Shown: positions 28,575 through 38,299 of the stretch, one piece after another | Position numbering within the stretch: position 1 is the stretch's first letter | How the letters are laid out: each line of letters starts with the position of its first letter | NCBI GenBank assembly: GCA_965248435.1 | Contig: OZ252100.1 | Span: 4,768,001-4,832,000 of the forward strand | Direction: 5' to 3' | DNA length: 64,000 bases | DNA from: Candidatus Latescibacterota bacterium | GTDB lineage: Bacteria; Latescibacterota; UBA2968; GCA-2709665 | The notes under the pieces: generated by a model | Seen by the model: the letters and a program-made list of their open reading frames with translations, nothing else | The model's database searches: none | What the model was told of the DNA's origin: nothing | Translations under genes and position numbers: made by a program

Positions 28575-30211
28575 GGCTTCACGCTCTCCCTGACGATGTC
28601 TCGCAGTGCGCTTCGCTGCACTTTGCCTGTGGATGTCATCGGCAGCTTTTCGGGTTCGAATGGAAGCACGACGCGAGGCGCTTCGAAGGCACTCAAACCT
28701 GCAATCCGACCCTCCCTGCCGTCTTCGAGGATTCGGTCGATGATTTCCTGAGAGAGTAGCCCATCTTTGAAGATAACGACAGCACAAACCTCCTCTCCCA
28801 TCCGCCCATCTTCGATGCCGACGACATAGGCGGCCGCCAGCTCTGGAACCGATTCAACAAGGGCGTTCTCGACCGCAACGGGAGAGATATTCACGCCTCC
28901 CTTGATCAGGATCTCCTTCTTTCGGCCGTGGATGAAGTAATACCTCCGGCCGCCGATCATCCGCCAGAATCCGATGTCTCCTGTACGGAACCAGCCTTCA
29001 TCAAAGACCTCGGACGTGGCGTCGGGTTGATTGAGATACCCTCCCGACACGACGGGGCCGCGAACGCAGATTTCACCCGTCTCGCCTTCTCCCGGGTCGC
29101 CGTCGATTCGGACATTGCTGTTGCAGAGTTCCACCCCCGCAGCATTCTGTTGAAGGACTTCTCGATACGTCGGTTCCGGGAGATCGGGGGGGACGCCGGT
29201 GACTCGAAGGCTGACCTCGGTTGTCCCGTAGCCCTGGATGAGGCGGACCCCGAATTTCTCGTGAAACCTGCAGGCCGCCCCGGCAGGAACGGGGGCCGAT
29301 CCGATCATAATCTTCTTGAGTGATCTGTTCTTGTTGGAATCGAAATCGGAACGATCTGTTCGGGACAGAAGGTCCTTCATAATCGTCGGTACGATACTGC
29401 TGGCGGTGGCGCCTTCTTCGACGATGACAGGCCAGAATCTGGAAGTGCGGTATCGAGAGTTGAGGATCAGCGTCCCACCGAGCATGAACACCGTGAGGGA
29501 GAAGACGGTCGAGTTGACGTGATGCAGGGGGAGGACGAGACTGAGGCGCTCTTGCTCGTCTAATTGGAGCCAGTCGATGATGCCGTCGGCGTTGCTCGTG
29601 AGGCTCAGGCGCGTCAGCAAAACACCCTTTGGGTGCCCCGTCGTACCCGACGTGTAGAGGATGATGTTTGTTGCCTGTTCCTGATCGGCATCACCGCTCC
29701 ACTCAGGTTCCAGATCACCTGTATCGGGGCCGTTCGATTCGAACAGACGCGCTGTGGATGCCACAGGGAGTTCGGGAATTTCATCCGCGAGGGCGCTGAG
29801 GCCATCGGGCAGGGCACAGACCAGCCTGGCGCCTGAATCGCTGAGTTTGTACCGCTTTCGCTCACTGGCGTCCGTTTTGAGATCGAGGGGCACGGACGCC
29901 GCTCCGATCCGGAACAGGGCGAGCGTCAAGAGTGAGACTTCGGGGCAGTTCGGGAGCGCAAGCGCCACCCTGTCGCCCGGGCCGATATTGAACTCCTGAT
30001 GCAGGTTTGTCGCCAGCAGGGAGGTTTCGCGATCGAGTGCGGCATAGGTCGTGACCGATCGCGTATCACGATCCACGTCCCGGAAGACGATGGCCGGCTT
30101 CTCGCCGAATTTTTTCGCCTGAGCTTCGAGGAGGTGCGTGAAATTTCTCCACGGGAACCTGTAATGATGAGGTTTCCGGTCCTTCACGCACGTAAAGATG
30201 GGATTGTCCAT
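28571..30211 (-). CDS. Class I adenylate-forming enzyme (acyl-CoA ligase, MenE/CaiC-like)
   Basis: YTSGTTGHPKG, QGYGTTE, FRTGD, GRKKE.LIKGG, TGKVQR. Confidence 0.9.
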   Translation of the reverse strand: MDNPIFTCVKDRKPHHYRFPWRNFTHLLEAQAKKFGEKPAIVFRDVDRDTRSVTTYAALDRETSLLATNLHQEFNIGPGDRVALALPNCPEVSLLTLALFRIGAASVPLDLKTDASERKRYKLSDSGARLVCALPDGLSALADEIPELPVASTARLFESNGPDTGDLEPEWSGDADQEQATNIILYTSGTTGHPKGVLLTRLSLTSNADGIIDWLQLDEQERLSLVLPLHHVNSTVFSLTVFMLGGTLILNSRYRTSRFWPVIVEEGATASSIVPTIMKDLLSRTDRSDFDSNKNRSLKKIMIGSAPVPAGAACRFHEKFGVRLIQGYGTTEVSLRVTGVPPDLPEPTYREVLQQNAAGVELCNSNVRIDGDPGEGETGEICVRGPVVSGGYLNQPDATSEVFDEGWFRTGDIGFWRMIGGRRYYFIHGRKKEILIKGGVNISPVAVENALVESVPELAAAYVVGIEDGRMGEEVCAVVIFKDGLLSQEIIDRILEDGREGRIAGLSAFEAPRVVLPFEPEKLPMTSTGKVQRSALRDIVRESVKP

Positions 30212-30266
30212 AGCTGATGGGATAGAGGAAGGATACCGAACGGCTGCTAAGACCGAAAACCGGGGA

Positions 30267-31355
30267 TCATGTCGGCTCCCCGCACTGAGCACGGTGGCGA
30301 AGATAGTGGTCTACGAGGGACAGGGCCATCATTGCTTCGACCATGGGAACGGCCCGGGGGAGGACACAGGGGTCGTGTCTGCCCCTGCCCTTGATCGTGG
30401 CCGCATTGCCGTTGATGTCGACCGTCTCCTGCTCCTTGAGGATGGTTGCCGTCGGTTTGAAGGCGGCGCGGATCAGGATGTCCTCTCCGTTGGAGATCCC
30501 GCCCTGGATGCCACCGGAGAAGTTTGTCCGAGTACGCACCCGGTCTTCGGCCGGATAGAACGGGTCGTTGTGAGTGGAACCGGTCATTTTTACGCCGCGA
30601 AACCCCGAGCCGATCTCGAAGCCTTTGCAGGCGGGCAGAGAAAGCACGGCCTTCCCGAGGTCGGCATCCAGTTTGTCGAAGACGGGGTCGCCGAGACTGG
30701 TCGGAACATTTCGAGCGACGGCTTCGACGATTCCCCCGAGCGAGTCCCCGTCTTTTTTGGCCTTCTCGACGCGTTCGATCATCCGCTCGGCGGCCTCCTG
30801 ATCCGGGCAGCGAACAATGTTGGCCTCGATCTCTTCGGACGCGACGCTTCCGGGATCAACCTTGGCTGCAATCTCGTGTATTTGCAGGACATAGGCTAAG
30901 ATCTCCGTGCCACAGGTTTCGCGGAGGATCTTTCTGGCGATGGCGCCTGCGGCGACTCTGCCGATCGTCTCCCTGGCGCTCGCTCGTCCACCGCCCTGCC
31001 AGTTCCGGATGCCGTACTTGGCCTGGTAGGTATAGCCCGCGTGCGACGGCCGATATTTCGTAGCCATCTCTTCGTAGTCCTTCGGCCTGGCATCCTTGTT
31101 CCTAACGAGCATGGATATCGGCGTGCCGAGCGTCTTCCCCTCGAAGAGACCGGAAAGGATTTCGATTCGGTCTTCTTCCTTCCGCTGCGTAGTGATGTGG
31201 CTCTGCCCGGGCCGGCGCCGGTCCAGATCGACCTGGATTTCCTCAGCTGAGATTTCGAGGTTGGGGGGACACCCGTCGATGACGACGCCTACGCCGCCTC
31301 CGTGTGACTCGCCCCAGGTTGTAATTCGGAACAGATGCCCGAATGTGTTGCCCAT
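30267..31355 (-). CDS. aroC: Chorismate synthase
   Basis: [30 protein letters not shown]. Confidence 0.98.
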   Translation of the reverse strand: MGNTFGHLFRITTWGESHGGGVGVVIDGCPPNLEISAEEIQVDLDRRRPGQSHITTQRKEEDRIEILSGLFEGKTLGTPISMLVRNKDARPKDYEEMATKYRPSHAGYTYQAKYGIRNWQGGGRASARETIGRVAAGAIARKILRETCGTEILAYVLQIHEIAAKVDPGSVASEEIEANIVRCPDQEAAERMIERVEKAKKDGDSLGGIVEAVARNVPTSLGDPVFDKLDADLGKAVLSLPACKGFEIGSGFRGVKMTGSTHNDPFYPAEDRVRTRTNFSGGIQGGISNGEDILIRAAFKPTATILKEQETVDINGNAATIKGRGRHDPCVLPRAVPMVEAMMALSLVDHYLRHRAQCGEPT

Positions 31356-31383
31356 ATATCACTCTCTCCGTGAAATCTACGGC

Positions 31384-31412
31384 AATGTACCCAATCCCGT
31401 GAGATCGGTCAA
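31384..31412 (-). promoter_or_regulatory. Sigma70-type promoter of aroC
   Basis: TTGACC-17 bp-TACATT. Confidence 0.5.
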
Positions 31413-31571
31413 GGGAAAGTCAGGTTTCGAGCGGTTTGGCGTGACGGCAACGCAACCAACTGATTTGAGATTGACCGCCTTTGTGTTATCTTGGTGCATT
31501 TCGTCGGAGCGGCGAGGGATCGTTCCGGGTAGCAAAACCATCGGAAGTCGGCCTGTTTACAGGAGCCTGAA

Positions 31572-32669
31572 ATGCTAAACTACGAGCAGCTCGGTATTAA
31601 GCCGCTGATCAACGCGGGCGGGCTGGCCACAGTCGTTGGGGGAAGCCTGATGCCCCCCGAAGTCGTGGATGCGATGCGCGAGGGGGCCGGATCTTTCGTG
31701 GACCTGAATGCGCTCTACGTGAACGCCGGGGCGTACATGGCCAGACGGATCGGGGTAGAGGCAGCGACGATCTCTTCGGGGGCGGCGAGTGGGATGCAGC
31801 TGGCGGCCGCAGCCTGTCTGGCCGGAACCGACCGGGAACGGATCAAACAGCTGCCCCACACGGAGGGCTGGAAGAACGAATTTGTGATCAGTATGGTGGA
31901 CACGCATATCTTCGTCCATCAGGGGATCGAGGCGTGCGGGGGAAAGCTGGTGCGCGCAGGCAGCACTCAGTCGGTCACGACTCGGGACATCCTGGGCTCG
32001 TTGAGCGACAACACGGCTGCGGTGGTCCATTTTCTGGGTAAACAGGGCAAAGAGCAGCTCGGCGGAGTTATCGCAGGGTGTGAGCCGCACGGGGTACCGG
32101 TGATCGTGGACGCGGCAAACGAGCTCCCTCCTCGTTCAAACATGATCGAGATCACCGGAATGGGGGCGAGTCTGGTCGTGTTCAGCGGTGGGAAGTGGAT
32201 CAGAGGGCCGCAAAACAGCGGGCTCGTTCTGGGGAAGAAGGAGTTTGTGGAGGCAGCTCGGATGAATGCGAGTCCACAAACTGCGATCGGGCGCGGGATG
32301 AAGGTGGGAAAGGAGGAGATCATGGGACTTGTGGCCGCGGTCGACTTGTTCCTGAAAGGGAGCGACGAAGAGGACCATACGACCTGGGAATGGCAGGCGA
32401 GTTGTATCGTGGATGCGCTTGAAGGCATTCCAAACATCCGGGCCTATATCCTTCGAGAAGGTCAGGAAGTAACCCCCGACGCAACGCCCAGGGCCTACGT
32501 CGACGTGGACGAGCGTCGGGCCGAGGAGGCTGTGAGATTGATGGGGGAGGGAGAGCCGGCAATCTCCATCCGACAGAGTCGAAAGGGCATCGTTCTGGAT
32601 CCGACGGGGCTGGTGCCGGGTGAGGAAGAGATCGTTGCCGAGAGGCTCAGGGTGATACTGGCAGGGTAA
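31572..32669 (+). CDS. SelA-like/DgaE-family PLP-dependent enzyme
   Basis: INAGG..T..GGS, DAA, FSGGK (PLP lysine), IGRGMKVGKEEI; 365 aa with no SelA N-terminal domain. Confidence 0.8.
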   Translation: MLNYEQLGIKPLINAGGLATVVGGSLMPPEVVDAMREGAGSFVDLNALYVNAGAYMARRIGVEAATISSGAASGMQLAAAACLAGTDRERIKQLPHTEGWKNEFVISMVDTHIFVHQGIEACGGKLVRAGSTQSVTTRDILGSLSDNTAAVVHFLGKQGKEQLGGVIAGCEPHGVPVIVDAANELPPRSNMIEITGMGASLVVFSGGKWIRGPQNSGLVLGKKEFVEAARMNASPQTAIGRGMKVGKEEIMGLVAAVDLFLKGSDEEDHTTWEWQASCIVDALEGIPNIRAYILREGQEVTPDATPRAYVDVDERRAEEAVRLMGEGEPAISIRQSRKGIVLDPTGLVPGEEEIVAERLRVILAG

Positions 32670-32690
32670 AATTCGTCGATCGCAAGGACC

Positions 32691-32876
32691 GGGTACCGGG
32701 ACACAAAAAGACGGGTACCGGGAAAGCAGCACACGGGTACCGGGACACCAGCACACGGGTACCGGGACACCAACACACGGGTACCGGGACATCAAGACAC
32801 GGGTACTGGGACATCAAGACACGGGTACTGGGACATCAAGACACGGGTACCGGGACACCGACACACGGGTACCGGG
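32691..32876 (+). repeat. 22-bp tandem repeat array (9 cores)
   Basis: GGGTACYGGG every 22 bp from 32691 to 32867, with related 12-nt A/C-rich spacers. Confidence 0.95.
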
Positions 32877-32880
32877 GTTC

Positions 32881-32920
32881 GAAATTCGGATTGCGGATTT
32901 CAGATTTCGGAGTGGCGGAT
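32881..32920 (+). repeat. (GC/TC)GGATT-type heptamer repeat
   Basis: ATTGCGGATTTCAGATTTCGGA is the exact reverse complement of a stretch near 47465-47486; short version at 4655-4668. Confidence 0.75.
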
Positions 32921-32975
32921 CGAACGGCTGAAGAAACGATCGAACCGCGCTAAGATCGGCAATGACTGGGGCGAG

Positions 32976-34427
32976 ATGGATATTTCAGTCAGACAGGTCG
33001 ACCTTCGGGTCTTGAACATGAAGACCCGGATGCCATTCCGCTACGGGATGGCATCCCTCGTTGGCCTGCCGCATCTTTTTCTGCAGGTCGAAGCCGATAT
33101 CGACGGTCGGGGCGAGGTCGGGATTGCGGCGGAAGGCCTGCCACCCAAGTGGTTTACCAAGAATCCAGATAGTTCCTTCGCCGAAGACCTGGTCGAGATG
33201 CTTGGCGTCATCAGGCAGGCCAGTCAGTTCGCGAAAGAGATCGGTTCTGCAACAACCGTGTTCGAATTCTGGCACACGCTCTACAACCGGCAGAAGGATT
33301 GGGCGGTCGCTTCGGGATCGCCTCCGCTGCTCTGGGGATTCGGCGTCACGCTTGTAGAACGGGCGCTGATCGATGCCTTCTGCCGGGCCCGTCGGGTCCC
33401 TTTTGCTCGAGCAGTTCACGAGAATCTATTCGGCACACGACTCGAGGCCATCTACCCGGAGCTCGCCGGTCTTGCTCCGTCAGATTTGTTGAACGAGGAG
33501 CCGAGCCGCCGCCTGAAGGTGCGGCACACGGTGGGACTGTCCGATCCGCTGCGAGAAGAGGATATTCCTGAAGCGGAGCGCTTGGACGATGGCCTGCCTC
33601 AGTCCCTTGACGCCAGCATCTCCGCTTACGGTCTGACGCACCTGAAGATCAAACTCTGTGGGGAGATCGAGAAGGATTTTGCCCGGCTGAAAAAAGTCGT
33701 GGACGTGGCGGAAGGGGCAGGGGACGGCTGTGCGTTCACGCTGGATGGAAACGAGCAGTTTACGGATGTCGGCTCTCTCAAGACGTTTTGGGAAACAGTC
33801 GAACAGGATTCAAGTCTCAGCTTCCTGCTCGACCGATTGCTGTTCCTGGAACAGCCGCTTCGAAGGGATGTCGCACTCTCCCCTGAGTCAGTCGGCGTGC
33901 TGCTGGACTGGGCTGACCGTCCGATACTGATCATCGACGAATCCGACGCAACGCTTTCGACGACGATCGCGGCGCTGGAGGGAGGCTATCGCGGCACGAG
34001 CCACAAGAATTGTAAGGGCGTGTTCAAGGGCATCGCGAACGCCTGTCTGATCGAAAATCGGCGCAGGAGAGACCCGGAGGGCCAATACCTGCTGAGCAGT
34101 GAGGATCTTTGTTGTGTAGGGCCTGTAGCCCTGCTTCAGGACCTGGCGACCATCGGCTGTCTTTCGGTCGGCCACTCGGAGCGAAACGGACATCACTATT
34201 TTGCAGGCTTGAGTATGTATTGTAAAAAGATTCAAGATGGTGTGCTCGCGCATCACGGCTCCCTCTACCGGCGCGGTGAAGCAGGATTCCCCACGCTGGA
34301 TATCCAGAATGGGCAGATCGATCTCGAGAGTGTGCTGGAAGCGCCCTATGGGTATGGGTTCGATCTGGACATAGCGTGCTTCACGCCGCTCGATGAATGG
34401 TCGGTCGATTCCCTGGAGATAGAGTGA
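32976..34427 (+). CDS. Enolase/mandelate racemase-like superfamily protein
   Basis: MPFRYG, KIKL, LDGNEQ, EQP, IDES metal-ligand pattern. Confidence 0.65.
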   Translation: MDISVRQVDLRVLNMKTRMPFRYGMASLVGLPHLFLQVEADIDGRGEVGIAAEGLPPKWFTKNPDSSFAEDLVEMLGVIRQASQFAKEIGSATTVFEFWHTLYNRQKDWAVASGSPPLLWGFGVTLVERALIDAFCRARRVPFARAVHENLFGTRLEAIYPELAGLAPSDLLNEEPSRRLKVRHTVGLSDPLREEDIPEAERLDDGLPQSLDASISAYGLTHLKIKLCGEIEKDFARLKKVVDVAEGAGDGCAFTLDGNEQFTDVGSLKTFWETVEQDSSLSFLLDRLLFLEQPLRRDVALSPESVGVLLDWADRPILIIDESDATLSTTIAALEGGYRGTSHKNCKGVFKGIANACLIENRRRRDPEGQYLLSSEDLCCVGPVALLQDLATIGCLSVGHSERNGHHYFAGLSMYCKKIQDGVLAHHGSLYRRGEAGFPTLDIQNGQIDLESVLEAPYGYGFDLDIACFTPLDEWSVDSLEIE

Positions 34428-35773
34428 GCAACGTCGATTGGCATTCCGTAACGGAGGAGGTGACCGGGTATCTCCAGCAACTGATTCGAATCGATACGAC
34501 GAATCCTCCTGGAAACGAGTCCCTTGCGGCAGAGTATCTGCAGGGGGTTCTCCGTAAGGAGGGGTTTGACCCGGTGGTGACCGAATCGGCGCCCGGCCGA
34601 GGAAACGTGACGGCAAGGCTGAAAGGGGGTGGCGCGCCGCCCCTGATGATTCTGGGACACACGGACGTCGTCGCCTGCGAGCCGGAGCACTGGTCCCATC
34701 CCCCATTCGGCGGTGACCTGCACGACGGATGCGTATGGGGACGCGGGGCGCTAGACATGAAGAACATGGTGGCCGCCGAACTGATGATCTTTCTGTTGTT
34801 GAAGCGGCAGGGCCTTTCGTTCGATCGAGATCTGATTTTTGCGGCCACGGCAGACGAAGAGGCAGGGAAAGGCGATCACGGGGTCGGTTGGCTGCTGGAC
34901 AACGATCCTGACCAGGTGGAGGCCGCCCACGTAATCACGGAGGGCGGGGGCGCCGATTTCGAGATCGGGCACGAACGGTTCTACACCTGTCAAACCGGAC
35001 AAAAGGGGATCTTCCGATTTCGTATGAAATCGAAGGGGCCACCCGGGCACGCCTCTCGCCCCGAGGGTAAAAGCGCGGTGGTGAGCCTTTCCCGGGCCGT
35101 GGGTGCGCTGGGTGAAGCCGAGCTTCCGATCCACCTCAGTCGAACCGTGCGTGCCTTTCTGGAGGGGGCTGCAGAGAAGCGAGATCGCCGCTTCAAGAGA
35201 CTTCTGAGTGAAGTGCTTTCCAATGATCCGAGCGAGGAGGAATTGCTGTCCCTTCCGCTGGGTGGATCGTTGAAATCCGAGCTGCCTCACCTCTTGCGCA
35301 ATACGGTTTCGCCCACGATCCTGCAAGCGGGGGAAAAGATCAATGTGATTCCGACCGAGGCGACGGCGTGGGTGGACGCGAGACTGGTTCCCGGTCAGAC
35401 GGACAAGAGTTTCCTGGAGGAGATCCGTCCTTACATCGGCAAGGATGTAGAGGTCGAGGTCGAGCAGTACAGTCCCCCGCTCGAAGCGAGCGTTGATTCC
35501 CCATTATTCCGCACGATCGTGGACACGATGAAGCACCACGATCCCGAAGCCAGTGTCGTGCCCTACATGTCGACCGGGGGTACTGACGCGAAACATATTT
35601 GTCCCCGCAGACCTGATACGGAGGTCTTCGGTTTCATGCCTTACCGACAGTCGCCCGGCCAGGAAGAGTGGCGGCTGATTCACGGACACGATGAACGGAC
35701 TTCTGTAAACAACCTCCTTTTTGCAACGCAGGTACTCTACGATGTCGTTCGTCGATTTTGTGAGGTCAATTAA
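34424..35773 (+). CDS. M20/M25/M40 metallopeptidase/deacylase
   Basis: GHTDVV, GRGALDMK, ADEE, GGTDA, HGHDER. Confidence 0.9.
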   Translation: MSNVDWHSVTEEVTGYLQQLIRIDTTNPPGNESLAAEYLQGVLRKEGFDPVVTESAPGRGNVTARLKGGGAPPLMILGHTDVVACEPEHWSHPPFGGDLHDGCVWGRGALDMKNMVAAELMIFLLLKRQGLSFDRDLIFAATADEEAGKGDHGVGWLLDNDPDQVEAAHVITEGGGADFEIGHERFYTCQTGQKGIFRFRMKSKGPPGHASRPEGKSAVVSLSRAVGALGEAELPIHLSRTVRAFLEGAAEKRDRRFKRLLSEVLSNDPSEEELLSLPLGGSLKSELPHLLRNTVSPTILQAGEKINVIPTEATAWVDARLVPGQTDKSFLEEIRPYIGKDVEVEVEQYSPPLEASVDSPLFRTIVDTMKHHDPEASVVPYMSTGGTDAKHICPRRPDTEVFGFMPYRQSPGQEEWRLIHGHDERTSVNNLLFATQVLYDVVRRFCEVN

Positions 35774-35830
35774 GAGGACCGCCATATGCCCGCAGTGATA
35801 CCTACAGATAAGCTTACTGGAGTCTTGGCA

Positions 35831-36385
35831 ATGAACAGAGTGTTTGCTTGGATATTGTTCTTGATAATTGCAATTGCGTGTGATGAACCGCCCAAAGGTC
35901 AGGTACAGGAGCTCGGATCGATTTCGGTCCGCGTACCCGAAGGGTGGAAGACCGAGACTCCTTCCTCCAGGATGCGGAAGGCACAGTACAGCCTGAAGAG
36001 TCCAACCGGAGAAGGTGAGAGTGCCACCCTCGTCGTTTTCTACTTCGGCCGTAGCCAGGGTGGATCCGTGTCGGCGAACCTGGAGAGGTGGTATGGCCAA
36101 TTCAGACAGCCTGATGGAAGGCCTTCCAGGGAGGTCGCCAGCGTGACCAAAACGTCGGTTTCCGGGATGCAGGTCACGGTGGCGGATGTGAGCGGGACGT
36201 ATGCGCCCTCGGCGATGGGGCCGATGATGCCACGGGCGGGACCCAAGCCAGACTACCGAATGCTGGCAGCCATCGTCGAGTCGCAAGAAGGTCCCTATTT
36301 CTTCAAGCTGACCGGACCCATCGGGACCGTCACCCACTGGCAAGCGTCGTTTGACGAGTTTATCGGGAGTGTGAGTCAGAAGTGA
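35831..36385 (+). CDS. Hypothetical lipoprotein
   Basis: Signal peptide ending IAC; ANLERWYGQF and YFFKLTGP motifs. Confidence 0.65.
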   Translation: MNRVFAWILFLIIAIACDEPPKGQVQELGSISVRVPEGWKTETPSSRMRKAQYSLKSPTGEGESATLVVFYFGRSQGGSVSANLERWYGQFRQPDGRPSREVASVTKTSVSGMQVTVADVSGTYAPSAMGPMMPRAGPKPDYRMLAAIVESQEGPYFFKLTGPIGTVTHWQASFDEFIGSVSQK

Positions 36386-36444
36386 AAGAGACAACGGGTG
36401 CGTGTCGAAGTGGAACGTCGTTCGGATAATTGGAGGAGATCGTA

Positions 36445-37416
36445 ATGGCAAACAAGGTGCTCGTAACGGATTATGCCTGGCCTGATCTGGAAGTGGAGAA
36501 GGGCGTTCTCAAGGAGATCGGCGTGGAACTGGTCGAGGCCCCGGATGGGGAAGAGGAGACGCTGACCGGCCTGGCGAAGGGGGTCTGTGGCATCCTGACG
36601 TGCTGGGCGCAAACGACGGCTCGTGTGATCGAGGCGGCGCTGCCAGACCTGAAGGTGGTTTCACGCTACGGTGTCGGTGTGGACAATATCGATGTGGCCT
36701 TTGCGACGGAGAAGGGCATTCCCGTGGCGTATGTGCCGGACTACTGCATGGTCGATGTGGCGGAGCACGCCGTGTCTCTACTGCTGACGCTCGCTCGAAA
36801 AGTTGCGCTCTACGACAGATTGATCAGAAAGGGGACGTGGGATCTCCAGGCCGGGCCGCCCCTGCGTCGCTTGAGCGAGCAGACCCTGGGCCTGGTCGGG
36901 TTCGGGCGGAACGCGAGGCAGGTTGCGATTCGGGCGAAGGGATTCGGCCTTCGAGTGATTTCGTTCGACCCGATTCTTACGCCGGAGATGGCGGAAGAGG
37001 CCGAGATAGATTCCGTGAGTCTTGACGACCTGCTTGCGACTTCCGATTACATTTCGATCCACTGCCCCTCCATCGATGCGACAAGGGGAATGATCAACGC
37101 CGAGACGCTGGGCAAAATGAAGCCGACGGCCTATCTCATCAATACTTCCCGGGGTGATATCGTGAACGAGGCCGAGCTGGCCGATGCCCTGGAGGCGGGC
37201 GAGATCGCCGGGGCCGCGCTTGACGTGAGGAGTCAGGAACCGCCGGAAGCAGGGGACAGATTGATCCAGATGGAGCAGGTGATCCATACACCGCACGCAT
37301 CATTCTGCTCGGTTGAATCGCTACACGAACTGCGTGAGCGCACGGCGTGGGAGGCGCGCCGGGTGCTTTCCGGGGAGGAGCCCGAGAACCTGGTGAATCC
37401 TGACTACAGAAAGTGA
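36445..37416 (+). CDS. D-2-hydroxyacid dehydrogenase (SerA/CtBP-like)
   Basis: RYGVGVDNID, GLVGFG, INTSRG, ALDV..EP, TPH. Confidence 0.92.
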   Translation: MANKVLVTDYAWPDLEVEKGVLKEIGVELVEAPDGEEETLTGLAKGVCGILTCWAQTTARVIEAALPDLKVVSRYGVGVDNIDVAFATEKGIPVAYVPDYCMVDVAEHAVSLLLTLARKVALYDRLIRKGTWDLQAGPPLRRLSEQTLGLVGFGRNARQVAIRAKGFGLRVISFDPILTPEMAEEAEIDSVSLDDLLATSDYISIHCPSIDATRGMINAETLGKMKPTAYLINTSRGDIVNEAELADALEAGEIAGAALDVRSQEPPEAGDRLIQMEQVIHTPHASFCSVESLHELRERTAWEARRVLSGEEPENLVNPDYRK

Positions 37417-37438
37417 CCGACTGGGGATAAAAAAGGGA

Positions 37439-37582
37439 CGTATCTCGTATCTCGTGAAGCGTATCTCGTTGAAACACATACATCAATAATCAATATCCAC
37501 ACAATATCCAATATTCAAGGAGGGGTTTGCCGTGAAACGAATCGCGGGGACCGTCGTTGGATTTTGGATATTTCTTTTGGAT
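37439..37582. repeat. Heptamer repeat cluster (TCTCGTA; inverted AATATCC / GGATATT arrays)
   Basis: CGTATCTCGTATCTCGTGAAGCGTATCTCGT, then CAATATCC..CAATATCCAATATTC facing TTGGATTTTGGATATT. Confidence 0.7.
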
Positions 37583-37627
37583 CACCAAAACCTACAGACT
37601 TCAGGCGTGTGAGATTCGAATCGCAAA

Positions 37628-38299
37628 GTGTCTAACGATATGGTGAAGATTGTGGATGTCCTATACAGGCGTCTCTACCGGCGGGTCTTTCCGGACGTGA
37701 TCGGAGATCTGAAGCAGGAACTGGCGGGTTGCCGATCTGTCCTGGATCTGGGATGCGGGTCTTCCTCGCCGATAAGACAGCTTTCCCGCCCGGTCTATTC
37801 GGTAGGCGCCGACAGACACGGACCTTCGCTTAAGAGGAGCAGGAAGGAAGAGATCCACGACGCATACGTTCTTATGGACGCCGGGGAGGTCGACAAGACC
37901 TTTAGAGCGGGCTCGTTCGACTGTGTCCTGGCGCTGGACCTGATCGAGCATCTCGAAAAGGATGAGGGTCTGCGGCTGATCGAACAGATGATGCGAGCGG
38001 CCAGAAGAAAGGTCATCATTCTCACACCGAACGGATTCCGTCCCCAAGAGGCGTATGATGGCAACGAACTGCAGGTCCATCGATCCGGATGGACGGCGGG
38101 AGAGATGGAGGGGCTGGGCTTCAGGACGATCGGAATCAACGGGTGGCGTCCGTTGAGGGGGGACAAGGCAGCACTGAAGTACCGGCCGAAACTTTTCTGT
38201 CTGGTCCTGTCTGATCTTACACAGCTCATCGTCAGAAACAGGCCGGAATCTGCCTACCAAATCTTATGCATCAGGGAAAAGCAGTCGACGTCGTTATAG
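37628..38299 (+). CDS. Class I SAM-dependent methyltransferase
   Basis: VLDLGCG, FDCVLALDLIEHL, TPNG. Confidence 0.85.
   Translation: MSNDMVKIVDVLYRRLYRRVFPDVIGDLKQELAGCRSVLDLGCGSSSPIRQLSRPVYSVGADRHGPSLKRSRKEEIHDAYVLMDAGEVDKTFRAGSFDCVLALDLIEHLEKDEGLRLIEQMMRAARRKVIILTPNGFRPQEAYDGNELQVHRSGWTAGEMEGLGFRTIGINGWRPLRGDKAALKYRPKLFCLVLSDLTQLIVRNRPESAYQILCIREKQSTSL

Noticed and set aside
28575-28787. N-terminal extension of the DUF1232 ORF
   Set aside because: Lies inside the adenylate-forming gene; the GTG at 28574 gives normal translational coupling.
31572-32669. selA (selenocysteine synthase), tempting given the selenoprotein
   Set aside because: Too short, no N-terminal tRNA-binding domain, no selB/selC/selD nearby; motifs fit the DgaE-like group.
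32691-32876. Possible CRISPR array
   Set aside because: Constant part is only 10-12 bp, spacers are 12 nt and related to each other, and there are no cas genes; it is a tandem repeat.
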